DNA of 64,000 nucleotides, taken from positions 81,478 through 145,477 of the forward strand of contig CAZSKP010000008.1 in NCBI GenBank assembly GCA_964607485.1, read 5' to 3'. Each line of letters starts with the position of its first letter. Within the stretch, counting starts at the first letter, position 1. The notes below the pieces were generated by a model. The model was not told the DNA's origin. It saw only the letters and a list, made by a program, of their open reading frames with translations, and ran no database searches. Source of the stretch: an uncultured bacterium. GTDB lineage: Bacteria > Abyssobacteria > SURF-5. Made by a program: the position numbers and the translations under genes. Below, in pieces: positions 29,716 through 38,876 of this stretch.

Positions 29716-30339
29716 TCAGGCACAGATCCCCTCGAGCAACAGCCGCATAATTCTGTCCGCATCCCTCCTGCGGTCGGGCGAAGAAGCTTTCTGGATCGTT
29801 GAATACAGGATAAGCGATTCGATCAGTCCGAACGCCATGAATACTTTCGCGTCAAGGTCGCCGACCTTGCCTCCGTGATGCTCGACGGCGTCGGATATCA
29901 GTCGTCCGAGGAGGTCGAGGAACTCGGCGTAGGCCTTGTGTACCGCGTCGACAAACCGGGAATTTCTGCCGTACACGATGTTCGCACCGTAGAAAACGCT
30001 GGCGATAAGCTGGTACGAGTCGGGATGGCTGTCCATGAACTGGAGGTCTGCGAGGATGAATGCCCTCAGCTTCCCGAGTGGGTCGTCGTGTTTGGAGACT
30101 TCTTCCATGACAGTCCCGGTGAGACGGGCGGCGCTGTACCGGATGGTTTCGAGGAACAGCGCCTCCTTGCTCTCGACATAGTTGTACATCGTGCCCTTGC
30201 CGATTCCGAGGCTTTCGGCGATGGTATTGACGTTGCCCTTTTCGAACCCCTTCGAGGCGAACTCGCGCGTGGCTGCCTGGATGATCTGCGCGTATTTATC
30301 GGGCTTTTGCTCTTGGAGTCGTTTTGTTTTGGTCTTCAT
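29716..30339 (-). CDS. TetR/AcrR family regulator
   Basis: HTH IAESLGIGKGTMYNYVESKEALF. Confidence 0.93.
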   Translation of the reverse strand: MKTKTKRLQEQKPDKYAQIIQAATREFASKGFEKGNVNTIAESLGIGKGTMYNYVESKEALFLETIRYSAARLTGTVMEEVSKHDDPLGKLRAFILADLQFMDSHPDSYQLIASVFYGANIVYGRNSRFVDAVHKAYAEFLDLLGRLISDAVEHHGGKVGDLDAKVFMAFGLIESLILYSTIQKASSPDRRRDADRIMRLLLEGICA

Positions 30340-30354
30340 GGCATTGGGGGTCTA

Positions 30355-30370
30355 GAGTGACCAGTCACTC
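30355..30370. promoter_or_regulatory. Candidate TetR operator 1
   Basis: GAGTGAC-CA-GTCACTC just downstream of a minus-strand TTGACA-17-TAGGCT promoter (30376-30404). Confidence 0.7.
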
Positions 30371-30417
30371 CATATAGCCTACCACACGATCCTCCTCCTG
30401 TCAAGCGTTTTTTGTGA

Positions 30418-30648
30418 GGAGTTTCCCCACTTTCCCCGCGCATGTTTTTCATTCCGACAGGAATGTCATGCTGAGCGTAGCGAAGCATCTCGTTTTGCAC
30501 CAGCGCGATAGAAGATTCTTCGCTTCGCTCAGAATGACGACCTGCCATTGCGACCAGAGGTAGCAAGAGACTGCTACATTCAGGATTGGGTAGAGATCAG
30601 CGGTCAAAGACATTACAACTTTCATGAAGAATTTTTTGGGGAAACTCC
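30418..30648. mobile_element. MITE-like element family B, copy 1
   Basis: Perfect 12-bp TIR GGAGTTTCCCCA, internal TGTCAT REP and degenerate flanking direct repeat (CGTTTTTTGTGA/CCTTTTTTATGA); inverted homologue at 35989-36192. Confidence 0.8.
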
Positions 30649-30823
30649 CCTTTTTTATGAGTCGAACTCATTTTTCGCATAACCCCCGATTTCTCTTCTC
30701 CTGCCGACGATGCAACACCACAAAGCGGTTGCGAATGGGGCTTGTTCCTTTGACAACTATCGCGTTCGGGGGTTATAGTAATGATAGATTTCTTCTTGAT
30801 TATTCATACAGGGAGGTTTTCAG

Positions 30824-33196
30824 GTGAAACGACTTGCGACAGGCCAGAGGACATCCGCGTATCCCCGAATTGAAAGGCTCCGGCAGCGGCTGCTGGACGC
30901 GCCGCACGAGATATGCGTCGAGCGGGCCCGCTACCTGACGGAATCGTATAGACGAACCGAGGACGAGCCCCAGCCGATTCGTTTCGCGAAAGCGCTCAGC
31001 CACGTGCTCTCGAACATCTCGGCTATCATCCGCGACGATGAATTGATCGTCGGCTGCCGCACGAGCAAGCTCAAGGCGGCGCCGCTCTATCCCGAAAACA
31101 AGAGCGATTGGCTCGAGCAGAACATCGACGGGTTCAACCAGCGCGAGTTTCAACGCGTCTCCATTGCGGAGGATGACAGGCGAGAGCTTCGCGACGACAT
31201 CCTCCCATACTGGCGCGGCAAGACGGTCGAGGACCGGATGAACGCGCTCATGCCCGACGAACTGAAGGCGGAAATGAACAAGCTCATCTTCACGATGATG
31301 ATGGAGATCACATACGGCATCGGCCACTTCACCATGAACGCCTCGCAGGTGCTCGCGCACGGGCTGGAGGCGGTCATAGACGAGGCGAAGCGTGAGGAGG
31401 CCCGGGCGGGCGACGACGAGTCGAAGGCTCATTTCTTTCGCGCGGTCCGCATCGCGTGCGAGGCGGCGATAAAGTTTGCGCGCCGGTACGCCGACGAAGC
31501 GCGAAGGCTGGCGGCGCTCGAAAGCGACCCCGTTCGCCGGGGTGAGCTGGAGGAGATCGCGGCGGTGTGCGACCGCGTGCCCGCCAAGCCGGCCCGCACG
31601 TTCCATGAGGCCGTCCAGTCGCTCTACTTCGTTCAGCTCACCGCCCAGATAGAGAGCGGCGGCAATTCGATCTCGGTCGGGAGGATCGACAAGATACTGC
31701 ATCCGTTCTACAAGCGGGACGTTGAAGCGGGCTCGATCGACGCTGCACGCGCTCAGACGCTCGTCGAGTGCATGTTCCTGAAGATGGGCGAGATTTGGAA
31801 CGTGCTGGAGGAGACGTACCTGCCGGGCGGCGAGGGGCCCGAAGGCAAGACCACGCAGAACGTCGTCGTCGGAGGAATGCGACCCGACGGAAGCGACGAC
31901 TCGAACGAATTGACGCGGCTCGCGCTCGAAGCCTACGCGGACCTGCGCACCGTTCAGCCCAATTTCGGAATCCGCATAAATCGAAACACGCCCGAGGACA
32001 TCTTCCTGCGCGTGTGCGAGCTCAGCCGTGAGGGCGTCCTCATTCACTTTTTCAACGACGAGGTCATCGTGCCGGCGCTCGTCAGAGGGGGATGTTCGCT
32101 GGAGGACGCCCGCGACTACAGCGCCGTCGGATGCGTCGAGCCGAACCCGCACGGGAAGACGTTCGGCTCCACGTTCGCGGTTCAATTCAACGCGGCCAAG
32201 TGCCTCGAGTTTGCGCTCAATAACGGCGAGTGCTCCGTGTTCGGACTTCCCAACGGCCTGCCCTGCGGGAGCCTGCGGAGCTATTCGTCGTACGGCGAGC
32301 TTCTCGGCGCATACAAGAAGCAGGTGAGCCATTTCCTGCGGAGCATGGTCGAGGCGATGTCCTCTCTGGACATGGCCATCGCGGAACTCGTGCCTTCGCC
32401 GTTCGCGTCGAGCCTTGTGGAGGGATGTTTTGAGAAGGGATTGGACCTGACCAGAGGCGGCGCGAAATACAATTTCACGGGAGTGCAGCTCATGGGGCTT
32501 GCCAACGTGGCCGACTCTCTGGCGGCAGCCAGGAAGCTCGTGTTTGACGAAGGCGAGGTGACGGGCGACGAGCTCTCCGACGCGCTTTCCAGCGACTTCT
32601 CCGGGTTTGAGCCGCTTCGGCAGATGCTGCTCAAACGCGCGCCCAAGTACGGCAACGATGACGATTACGTTGACCGGATAGCGAGCGAGGTCGTCGGTCA
32701 TTTCGCCGATGAACTGGCCGAGTATAAGAATTTCCGCGGCGGCCGGTTCATCATGGGAATCTTCTCCGTTGCGTTCCATATCGTCATGGGCGCCTTTACC
32801 GGCCCGACCCCCGACGGCCGGAAGATGAGCGAGGTGCTCGCGAACGGAATCACTCCCCAGACGGGCGTGGCGACGGACGGCCCGACGGCGATCGCGAGGT
32901 CCGCGGCGAAACTGGGACAGACCGCCGTCTCCAATGGCAACACGTTGATTCTCCGGTTCCATCCTCGCTCGGTCCAGCCCGACAAGCTCCTTTCTTTGAT
33001 ACGGACCTACTTCGAGCTGGGTGGAATGCAGCTCCAATTCAACATGGTGGACACGGAAACCCTCCTGGACGCGCAGGCGCATCCCGACAAGCATCGAGAC
33101 CTGGTCGTTCGGATTGCGGGCTACAGCGTCCTTTTCACCAGCCTGAGCAAGAAGGCGCAGGACGAGATTATCAGCAGAACACTCTGCTCCCTGTGA
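30824..33196 (+). CDS. Glycyl radical enzyme (PFL-like family, substrate unknown)
   Basis: ICVERARY, SISVGRID, GCVEP Cys loop, PKYGNDD, TPDGR and VRIAGYS Gly loop. Confidence 0.93.
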   Translation: MKRLATGQRTSAYPRIERLRQRLLDAPHEICVERARYLTESYRRTEDEPQPIRFAKALSHVLSNISAIIRDDELIVGCRTSKLKAAPLYPENKSDWLEQNIDGFNQREFQRVSIAEDDRRELRDDILPYWRGKTVEDRMNALMPDELKAEMNKLIFTMMMEITYGIGHFTMNASQVLAHGLEAVIDEAKREEARAGDDESKAHFFRAVRIACEAAIKFARRYADEARRLAALESDPVRRGELEEIAAVCDRVPAKPARTFHEAVQSLYFVQLTAQIESGGNSISVGRIDKILHPFYKRDVEAGSIDAARAQTLVECMFLKMGEIWNVLEETYLPGGEGPEGKTTQNVVVGGMRPDGSDDSNELTRLALEAYADLRTVQPNFGIRINRNTPEDIFLRVCELSREGVLIHFFNDEVIVPALVRGGCSLEDARDYSAVGCVEPNPHGKTFGSTFAVQFNAAKCLEFALNNGECSVFGLPNGLPCGSLRSYSSYGELLGAYKKQVSHFLRSMVEAMSSLDMAIAELVPSPFASSLVEGCFEKGLDLTRGGAKYNFTGVQLMGLANVADSLAAARKLVFDEGEVTGDELSDALSSDFSGFEPLRQMLLKRAPKYGNDDDYVDRIASEVVGHFADELAEYKNFRGGRFIMGIFSVAFHIVMGAFTGPTPDGRKMSEVLANGITPQTGVATDGPTAIARSAAKLGQTAVSNGNTLILRFHPRSVQPDKLLSLIRTYFELGGMQLQFNMVDTETLLDAQAHPDKHRDLVVRIAGYSVLFTSLSKKAQDEIISRTLCSL

Positions 33197-33199
33197 GCG

Positions 33200-33382
33200 G
33201 CCTGTTGCCCAAACCATTTGGCTCACGAAATCGTTCCTACGTCTCGTCATTGCGAGGAGCGAAGGGCCACAGGCCCAAGCGACGAAGCAATCTCGATAAT
33301 ACGGGGAGCCCGCATGCGAGACTGCTTCGGTCGGGTCGCTGACCCTCCCTCGCAATGACCCCAAATGGTCTGGGCAGCAGGC
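33200..33382. mobile_element. MITE-like element family C
   Basis: 22-bp TIR GCCTGYTGCCCARACCATTTGG (20/22) around a GTCATTGCGAG...CTCGCAATGAC REP core. Confidence 0.75.
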
Positions 33383-33523
33383 TCCGAACATCCTGCGGCC
33401 TTTTCTTTTCTCCCACCAAGACACGGCGAAGTCGGTATAGGTATCGTCGTGACATTCTGATATACTTATCTTAGAGAACGATAGACGATAAGCTGACGGT
33501 TAATTTCGGTTTCGAGGCAGGCC

Positions 33524-34165
33524 ATGTTCAGGGACAGACGGGATGCGGCTCTGCGATTGGCGGGCCGCCTGCAGAAGTACAAGGGCCGGAAGCCGCTGGT
33601 GCTGGGGATTCCTCGCGGCGGCGTGCTGGTCGGCTCCGTGTTGGCGGGGGAGCTGAAGGGCGAGCTTGACATCGTCCTGACGCGCAAGCTTCGCGCGCCC
33701 GGCAATCCCGAGCTTGCCATGGGTTCCGTCGATGAAAACGGGCTCGTGTATCTGAACGAGTCCGTCGTGAGTATCCTGCGAATAAGCGATGAAACGATAG
33801 AAGAGGAGAGGGAGCGACAACTGGCCGTCATTCGTGCCCGCGCGGAATCCTATCGCCGCATTCATCCGAGAATCCCCATGGAGGGCCGCATCGTGATTAT
33901 CACCGACGACGGCATAGCCACCGGGGCGACGATGAAAGCTGCCATCGAAATGGCTCGACGCGCCGGGCCGGAGAAGCTGGTCGTTGCGCTTCCTGTCGGG
34001 CCGCCCGAGCAGGTGGCTGCGCTGGAGCCCGATGTCGATGAGATGGTGTGTCTTTCCACACCGGCTGATTTTATGGCGGTCGGCCAGTTTTATGAAGCAT
34101 TCGACCAGGTCGAGGACGAGGATGTCGAGAGAATCCTGACCGATTACGCAAGGTCGCGCACATGA
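33524..34165 (+). CDS. Phosphoribosyltransferase family protein
   Basis: MFRDRRDA, PRGG, TDDGIATGAT and AVGQFY motifs. Confidence 0.92.
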   Translation: MFRDRRDAALRLAGRLQKYKGRKPLVLGIPRGGVLVGSVLAGELKGELDIVLTRKLRAPGNPELAMGSVDENGLVYLNESVVSILRISDETIEEERERQLAVIRARAESYRRIHPRIPMEGRIVIITDDGIATGATMKAAIEMARRAGPEKLVVALPVGPPEQVAALEPDVDEMVCLSTPADFMAVGQFYEAFDQVEDEDVERILTDYARSRT

Positions 34166-34229
34166 CTCCGAGGCGCGTTGTGAACGGCGTTTGGAAATCG
34201 TGGTGGGTGCGTCGGTGGCGGATGGGTCG

Positions 34230-34640
34230 CTAAGTACGCCGCAGCCTGACCAGAGAGAGCAGGCGGTTGAAGAATCCCCCGTTTGAACTCCGGCTGTTCT
34301 TGCCGCAGTTGTCCAAGATAAACTTCACTATCGGCTCAATCTTCAAGGGTGTGTTTTCAGGACCTCGAGTGTGGACGCCGTTCCCGTTCTCGTTCAGAAA
34401 CAGAACCGGCACACCGTTTCCCTCAAGCCGTTTCCTTGCAAGAGCTCTCTGTCGTTGATTTTTCAGAGTCTCAAAGTCAAAGATGACGCAGTCGGGATGG
34501 TCAGTCGAGAGGAGGCCGACGCCTTTCTTGGCCGTCTCGGCCCCCATACACCTGAAGTTGTAGGTTGACGCGATGAGTTCCAATACCCGATGGAGTTCCG
34601 GATTGTGTGAAACCACTAAGATGCTTCTTCGCTTCGTCAT
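34230..34640 (-). CDS. Atypical stand-alone receiver-domain protein
   Basis: SILVVS...PDCVIFD...VPVLFL; the acidic pocket is degenerate. Confidence 0.6.
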   Translation of the reverse strand: MTKRRSILVVSHNPELHRVLELIASTYNFRCMGAETAKKGVGLLSTDHPDCVIFDFETLKNQRQRALARKRLEGNGVPVLFLNENGNGVHTRGPENTPLKIEPIVKFILDNCGKNSRSSNGGFFNRLLSLVRLRRT

Positions 34641-34690
34641 AATCCCCCCGCTAGTCCCACAGCCCGCGAATAGCTTGACATAATTAGTTA

Positions 34691-34706
34691 AGCAAGAAGC
34701 GTACCA
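34691..34706 (-). promoter_or_regulatory. Candidate sigma54 (-24/-12) promoter
   Basis: Minus strand TGGTACGCTTCTTGCT (GG-N10-GC), about 50 bp upstream of the receiver gene. Confidence 0.6.
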
Positions 34707-34884
34707 CCAGAAACAAGGCCCAGAGAAACTTCCGACGAGGGCCTCCAACCTTCTGGGAACACGATAATTATGTGCATACCCCCTTTCGGCGCGAGGCAAT
34801 TCGAATGCCTCGTTACGCCCCGGGTCATGCCGCAAATAAGACTATGAGAGTATCTTTTGAGACAGCCTTATGTGTCGCTCCGCG

Positions 34885-35643
34885 TTATGGGATCAGGCCG
34901 ATCTTCCTCGCATAAGTCTCGATCCTCGTTTTCAATTCCGAATCACGGAAAATCTCGGCGGTCAGGCCAAACTCGTATTCCAACCCCGCCGGCAGGTCGA
35001 GCCTCGGCACGACCATGCTTGCCCGCTTCAGGGCGGCCAGTGCGCGGCGGTCTATTTTTGCAAGCCTTCTCGCAAAATCGAATGCCTCGTCGAGAAGCTT
35101 TCCCGCCGGAACGACCTTGACCACCAGCCCGATGCGGTGCGCCTCCTCGGCGTTTATGGTTTCTCCCGTCATCGCTATCTCCATTGCCTTGGCCGGTCCC
35201 ACCTTCCGCCAAAGCGGAGAGAGAAGCGGGTTGACGCCGAACCGGACCTCGGGATGGCCGAATATTGCGGTTTCCGAGGCGATTATGACGTCGCCGCAGA
35301 GGGCGAGGTCGAACCCGCCCGCAAGCGCAAATCCGCCGACAGCCGAAGCGATGGGCTTCGGGAACCCGTAGATTTTCGAGTGATATTCAAAAATCCGGTG
35401 GCTGAAGGAGTCGAGGTCGGTTGCGATTGCTTCGCCGATGTCGAAGCCGGCGCAGAAAACGTCCTCGCCTCCCGTCAGCACTACGGAGTTAATATCGTCG
35501 TCGTCCTCAAGAACATCAAGGCACTGCTCTATCTCATCCCTCAGCGCCACGCTGAGCACGTTCATTTTCTCGGCACGGTCGAGCGTGACCGTGGCAACCC
35601 CATCCGCGGTTGCTACTTTCAGGAACTTGAATTTCGGTATCAT
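34885..35643 (-). CDS. Enoyl-CoA hydratase/isomerase family protein
   Basis: FCAGFDI, PKPIASAVGGFALAGG and FGHPEV motifs. Confidence 0.92.
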   Translation of the reverse strand: MIPKFKFLKVATADGVATVTLDRAEKMNVLSVALRDEIEQCLDVLEDDDDINSVVLTGGEDVFCAGFDIGEAIATDLDSFSHRIFEYHSKIYGFPKPIASAVGGFALAGGFDLALCGDVIIASETAIFGHPEVRFGVNPLLSPLWRKVGPAKAMEIAMTGETINAEEAHRIGLVVKVVPAGKLLDEAFDFARRLAKIDRRALAALKRASMVVPRLDLPAGLEYEFGLTAEIFRDSELKTRIETYARKIGLIP

Positions 35644-35810
35644 GACAACCTCCTTCGCTTCCGGTTGTTCTAGTATTCTTTCGACCCTGAACAGAGCGCA
35701 AGTCTTACTTCCCTTAATTATGGCACGATACATACATGGGGTTCCACACTTTTCGGCAGGTCTGCCGCGGACCGGGGTGTGTTGTAATATACATACAGTA
35801 ATTTTTTATC

Positions 35811-35839
35811 TTGACAAACAAAACAATGCAGGATACAAT
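35811..35839 (+). promoter_or_regulatory. Sigma70 promoter with no adjacent ORF
   Basis: TTGACA-17-TACAAT. Confidence 0.65.
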
Positions 35840-35844
35840 GAAAC

Positions 35845-35960
35845 CGGAGACACGATCTCGGATAGTCTTTCGACGGATGGTCGAACAAGGGTGGGGCAGG
35901 CCGAAAACTGCCTTCTCCTTTCCCCGGGGGCCGTAGAAAATGCGGCCCCTTCCCCTTTTG
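35845..35960 (+). ncRNA. Candidate small structured RNA
   Basis: Follows the promoter; several hairpins ending in GGGGCCGTA/TGCGGCCCC and a pyrimidine tract. Confidence 0.3.
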
Positions 35961-35988
35961 TGCGCCCGGCTTCATGCCGCCGTTGAGT

Positions 35989-36192
35989 GGAGTTTCCCCA
36001 ACAATTTGTTCCCGAAAGCCTTGGTGTCTTGACCCGCCAGTCTCTCCGGAATTCTGATCGCAATGGCACATGGTCGTTCTGAGCGAAGCGAAGAATCTCT
36101 ATCGCGTTGGGGCAAAACGAGATGCTTCGCTGCGCTCAGCATGACATCCCTTCGTGATAAAAAAATATGGGGAGAGAAAATGGGGAAACTGC
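35989..36192. mobile_element. MITE-like element family B, copy 2 (inverted)
   Basis: AGTTTCCCCA/TGGGGAAACT ends; perfect 11-bp flanking direct repeat CCGCCGTTGAG (35977-35987, 36194-36204). Confidence 0.8.
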
Positions 36193-36269
36193 TCCGCCGT
36201 TGAGGATTGCTCCTCAATCGTGTATAATCCAAAAAACGCATCCCAGCTTCTTTCCCGGTCGAAATCAAG

Positions 36270-37430
36270 ATGGACTTTTTGTTACCCGAACATGCTCGCC
36301 TGCTCCGCGACTCGCTCCGGCGATTCATAGAGCAGGAACTGCTTCCTCGCGAAAATGAGGTGTGCCTGGAGGACGACTCTGCGCTGCCCCGGGGGCTGAT
36401 GGATTGGACGCGGAGACGCGCCGTCGAGCTGGGGTTTTACGGAGTATTCATGCCCGAGGAGGTCGGCGGCCGCGGGCTCGGGCGCGTCGGAATGGTCGCG
36501 CTCAAGGAGGAAATCGCGCGGTCGGGCAGTCATCTTGCCGAGCTGGTTCTCGGCGACAACGGCGGGCCGTCTCGGCTGCTGCTCGAATCGAGCGACCACG
36601 TCCGCGACAACTATCTGATTCCCGCGATGCGCGCCGAGAAGTTTTCCTGCTTCGCCCTGTCGGAGCCCAATGCCGGCTCCGACGCCGCCAGCATCGAGAC
36701 GACGGCCGTGAGAAACGGCGACTCGTATCTGCTGAACGGCGTGAAGCACATGGTCTCGCAGGGCGCCCGCGCCGACTACGCCATAGTGTTCGCCGTCACG
36801 AACAAGGCGCTGAGGGCACGCGGCGGCATATCCTGCTACGTCGTGGACATGGACAGTCCGGGCCTGAGGATCGCGGGGCGACATCGCCCGATGGGCGGGT
36901 TCACCGAGCCGGTGGAAATCGTGTTCGAGGATTGCGTGGTTCCTGCCTCGAACATGGTGGGGCCGGAGGGATTCGGGTTCGTGATGGCGATGCGCTGGCT
37001 CGCCGACGGGCGGCTGGCGATGGCGGCGACGGCCGTCGGATTGGCGGAACTGCTTCTCGACCTGTCGGTCAAGCACGTAAAGAGCCGCGGCCGGCCGTTC
37101 GGCTCGACGGCTGAAGAGGGAGCCGTCCGGAATATGCTGGCAAACATGGCGACGGAGCTGTACGGCGCGAGAATGATGGTGTACGACACGGCGTGGCGGG
37201 CCGACAACGGCGATGACGTCCATCGAGAATCCTCGATGACGAAGCTGTTTGCGACAGAGACGGCCGACCGTTGCGCCGACGCCGCCGTGCAGATTCACGC
37301 AGAGGCGGGCTGCACGCACGGGAGCGCCGTGGAGAGAATATATCGCGACGTGAGAGCCATGCGAATAGGGGAGGGCACGTCCGAGATACACCGGATGATA
37401 ATAGCCAAGAGCCTGCTCAGGAAAACGTGA
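36270..37430 (+). CDS. Acyl-CoA dehydrogenase
   Basis: FALSEPNAGSD, LNGVK and RIGEGTSEI motifs. Confidence 0.93.
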   Translation: MDFLLPEHARLLRDSLRRFIEQELLPRENEVCLEDDSALPRGLMDWTRRRAVELGFYGVFMPEEVGGRGLGRVGMVALKEEIARSGSHLAELVLGDNGGPSRLLLESSDHVRDNYLIPAMRAEKFSCFALSEPNAGSDAASIETTAVRNGDSYLLNGVKHMVSQGARADYAIVFAVTNKALRARGGISCYVVDMDSPGLRIAGRHRPMGGFTEPVEIVFEDCVVPASNMVGPEGFGFVMAMRWLADGRLAMAATAVGLAELLLDLSVKHVKSRGRPFGSTAEEGAVRNMLANMATELYGARMMVYDTAWRADNGDDVHRESSMTKLFATETADRCADAAVQIHAEAGCTHGSAVERIYRDVRAMRIGEGTSEIHRMIIAKSLLRKT

Positions 37431-37481
37431 GGCTGTCGACAAACCGAATCAACCCGATTGATTCGTTGCTGCGGAACTGAT

Positions 37482-38033
37482 ATGGGCGAGAAGAGAAACG
37501 ATTCCTCAAGGAAACCCAAGAAGTCGAGGCCGGTCGAATTCGGCAAAGACAGCAGGGAGATATATCTGCTCGAAGACGGTGCGCCTCGCTATGAACTCCG
37601 GATCGACCGCGAGGGAAGGTGGTTCCATGAAGGTGTCGAGATCGTTCGCGAAGACATCCGCAATCTCTTTTCCCGCAACCTCGCGCGCTGCGACGACGGC
37701 GGCTATTGCGTGCGGATAGGGGCCGACGAATCCCCCGTCGTCGTCGAAGACGCGCCGTTCGTGGTCGTTCGCGTAACAGAGGAGCCACGCAGTAGCGGGC
37801 CGCGCGGCGGGCTTACGCTGCTGCTGAACGACGGCGGCCTCGAGCCGTTCGACGCGCGAACGCTCGAGTTTAGAGATGCGAACGTCCCGTACTGTCGGGT
37901 GCGGGCCGATCTGGAGGCCCGGTTCTTGAGGGCGGCCTACTATCAACTTGCCAAGTTCATAAGGCACGACGAGGCCGGCGACACGTATTATCTGGAGCTG
38001 GGCGGTGAGCGCATCGAAATCGAAATTCCATAG
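37482..38033 (+). CDS. DUF1285-like protein
   Basis: RIDREGRWFHEG, VEDAPF and PYCRVR..LEARF motifs. Confidence 0.75.
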   Translation: MGEKRNDSSRKPKKSRPVEFGKDSREIYLLEDGAPRYELRIDREGRWFHEGVEIVREDIRNLFSRNLARCDDGGYCVRIGADESPVVVEDAPFVVVRVTEEPRSSGPRGGLTLLLNDGGLEPFDARTLEFRDANVPYCRVRADLEARFLRAAYYQLAKFIRHDEAGDTYYLELGGERIEIEIP

Positions 38034-38052
38034 CGGGAGGAGGTCGAGGCGC

Positions 38053-38829
38053 ATGCGAATCTCAGGGCTGGTGGCGGTATTGTTGTGCGCGCTCGCTTTC
38101 GGCTCGTGTGCGCAGACCCGGACGGTCAAGACGAAGATATACGAAGACCGGCGGACGGGCGTAACGCTCCACAGGGCGGTCGGCCGCGACAAGGTTCCTT
38201 TCGCCAAGGGCTATTCACACCCCGCCGCGTTTGCGGTTGACGATTTGAAATTCCTTCTGGGAGCGATAGGCTACCAGGAAAAGGGACTCTTCGGCTGGAC
38301 GGAGGTCAAGAGGGTGTTCACGGCCGACGAACTCTACCGGATGACGCCTCACATGGTCGAAGCGTTTGCCAAGGCGACGCCCGATGATGAAGTGCTTTTT
38401 CGGCTGACAACCGCCAAGCGCAGAGCGTTTTTTTTCTCGGAGCGTTTCACCAACGGCAGGATGTACGTGAAGGATGGAAAACTCAACTGCCTGTTTGACA
38501 ACGTCGATGTGAGCCCCTCCTCGACCGACATCTATGACGGTGACCCGCGGAATTACTATTCGGGAACATCGTGGAGGCTTGCGAAGAACGACTGGCAGAG
38601 CCTCGTCGAGGACGAGAAGGGAACTCACTACAACTGGATCGAGCTGGATATAGAGCGCGGGCTGGCGGAGAAGAGTCGCAGGGAGCGAGCGCTACGGGAA
38701 AGACTTGAGCGTCGTCGCGCTGAAGAACCCAAAGTGCAACCTGAAAAGGGCCACTGGGAGGACTGGGAACCGAACGAGGCGGTCGAAGGAGAAATGGAAG
38801 GGGACGTGTACTTTCCGCCGTCCGAATAG
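38053..38829 (+). CDS. Hypothetical lipoprotein
   Basis: Signal peptide with lipobox FGSC. Confidence 0.7.
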   Translation: MRISGLVAVLLCALAFGSCAQTRTVKTKIYEDRRTGVTLHRAVGRDKVPFAKGYSHPAAFAVDDLKFLLGAIGYQEKGLFGWTEVKRVFTADELYRMTPHMVEAFAKATPDDEVLFRLTTAKRRAFFFSERFTNGRMYVKDGKLNCLFDNVDVSPSSTDIYDGDPRNYYSGTSWRLAKNDWQSLVEDEKGTHYNWIELDIERGLAEKSRRERALRERLERRRAEEPKVQPEKGHWEDWEPNEAVEGEMEGDVYFPPSE

Positions 38830-38876
38830 CCCTGAGCATCGCCGCCTACTCTCCGCGGCTCATGCCGAAAGCGGGG

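Noticed and set aside
37429-37470. GAGGCTGTCGACAAAC as an IS/MITE end
   Set aside because: No matching partner end or second copy was found in the window.
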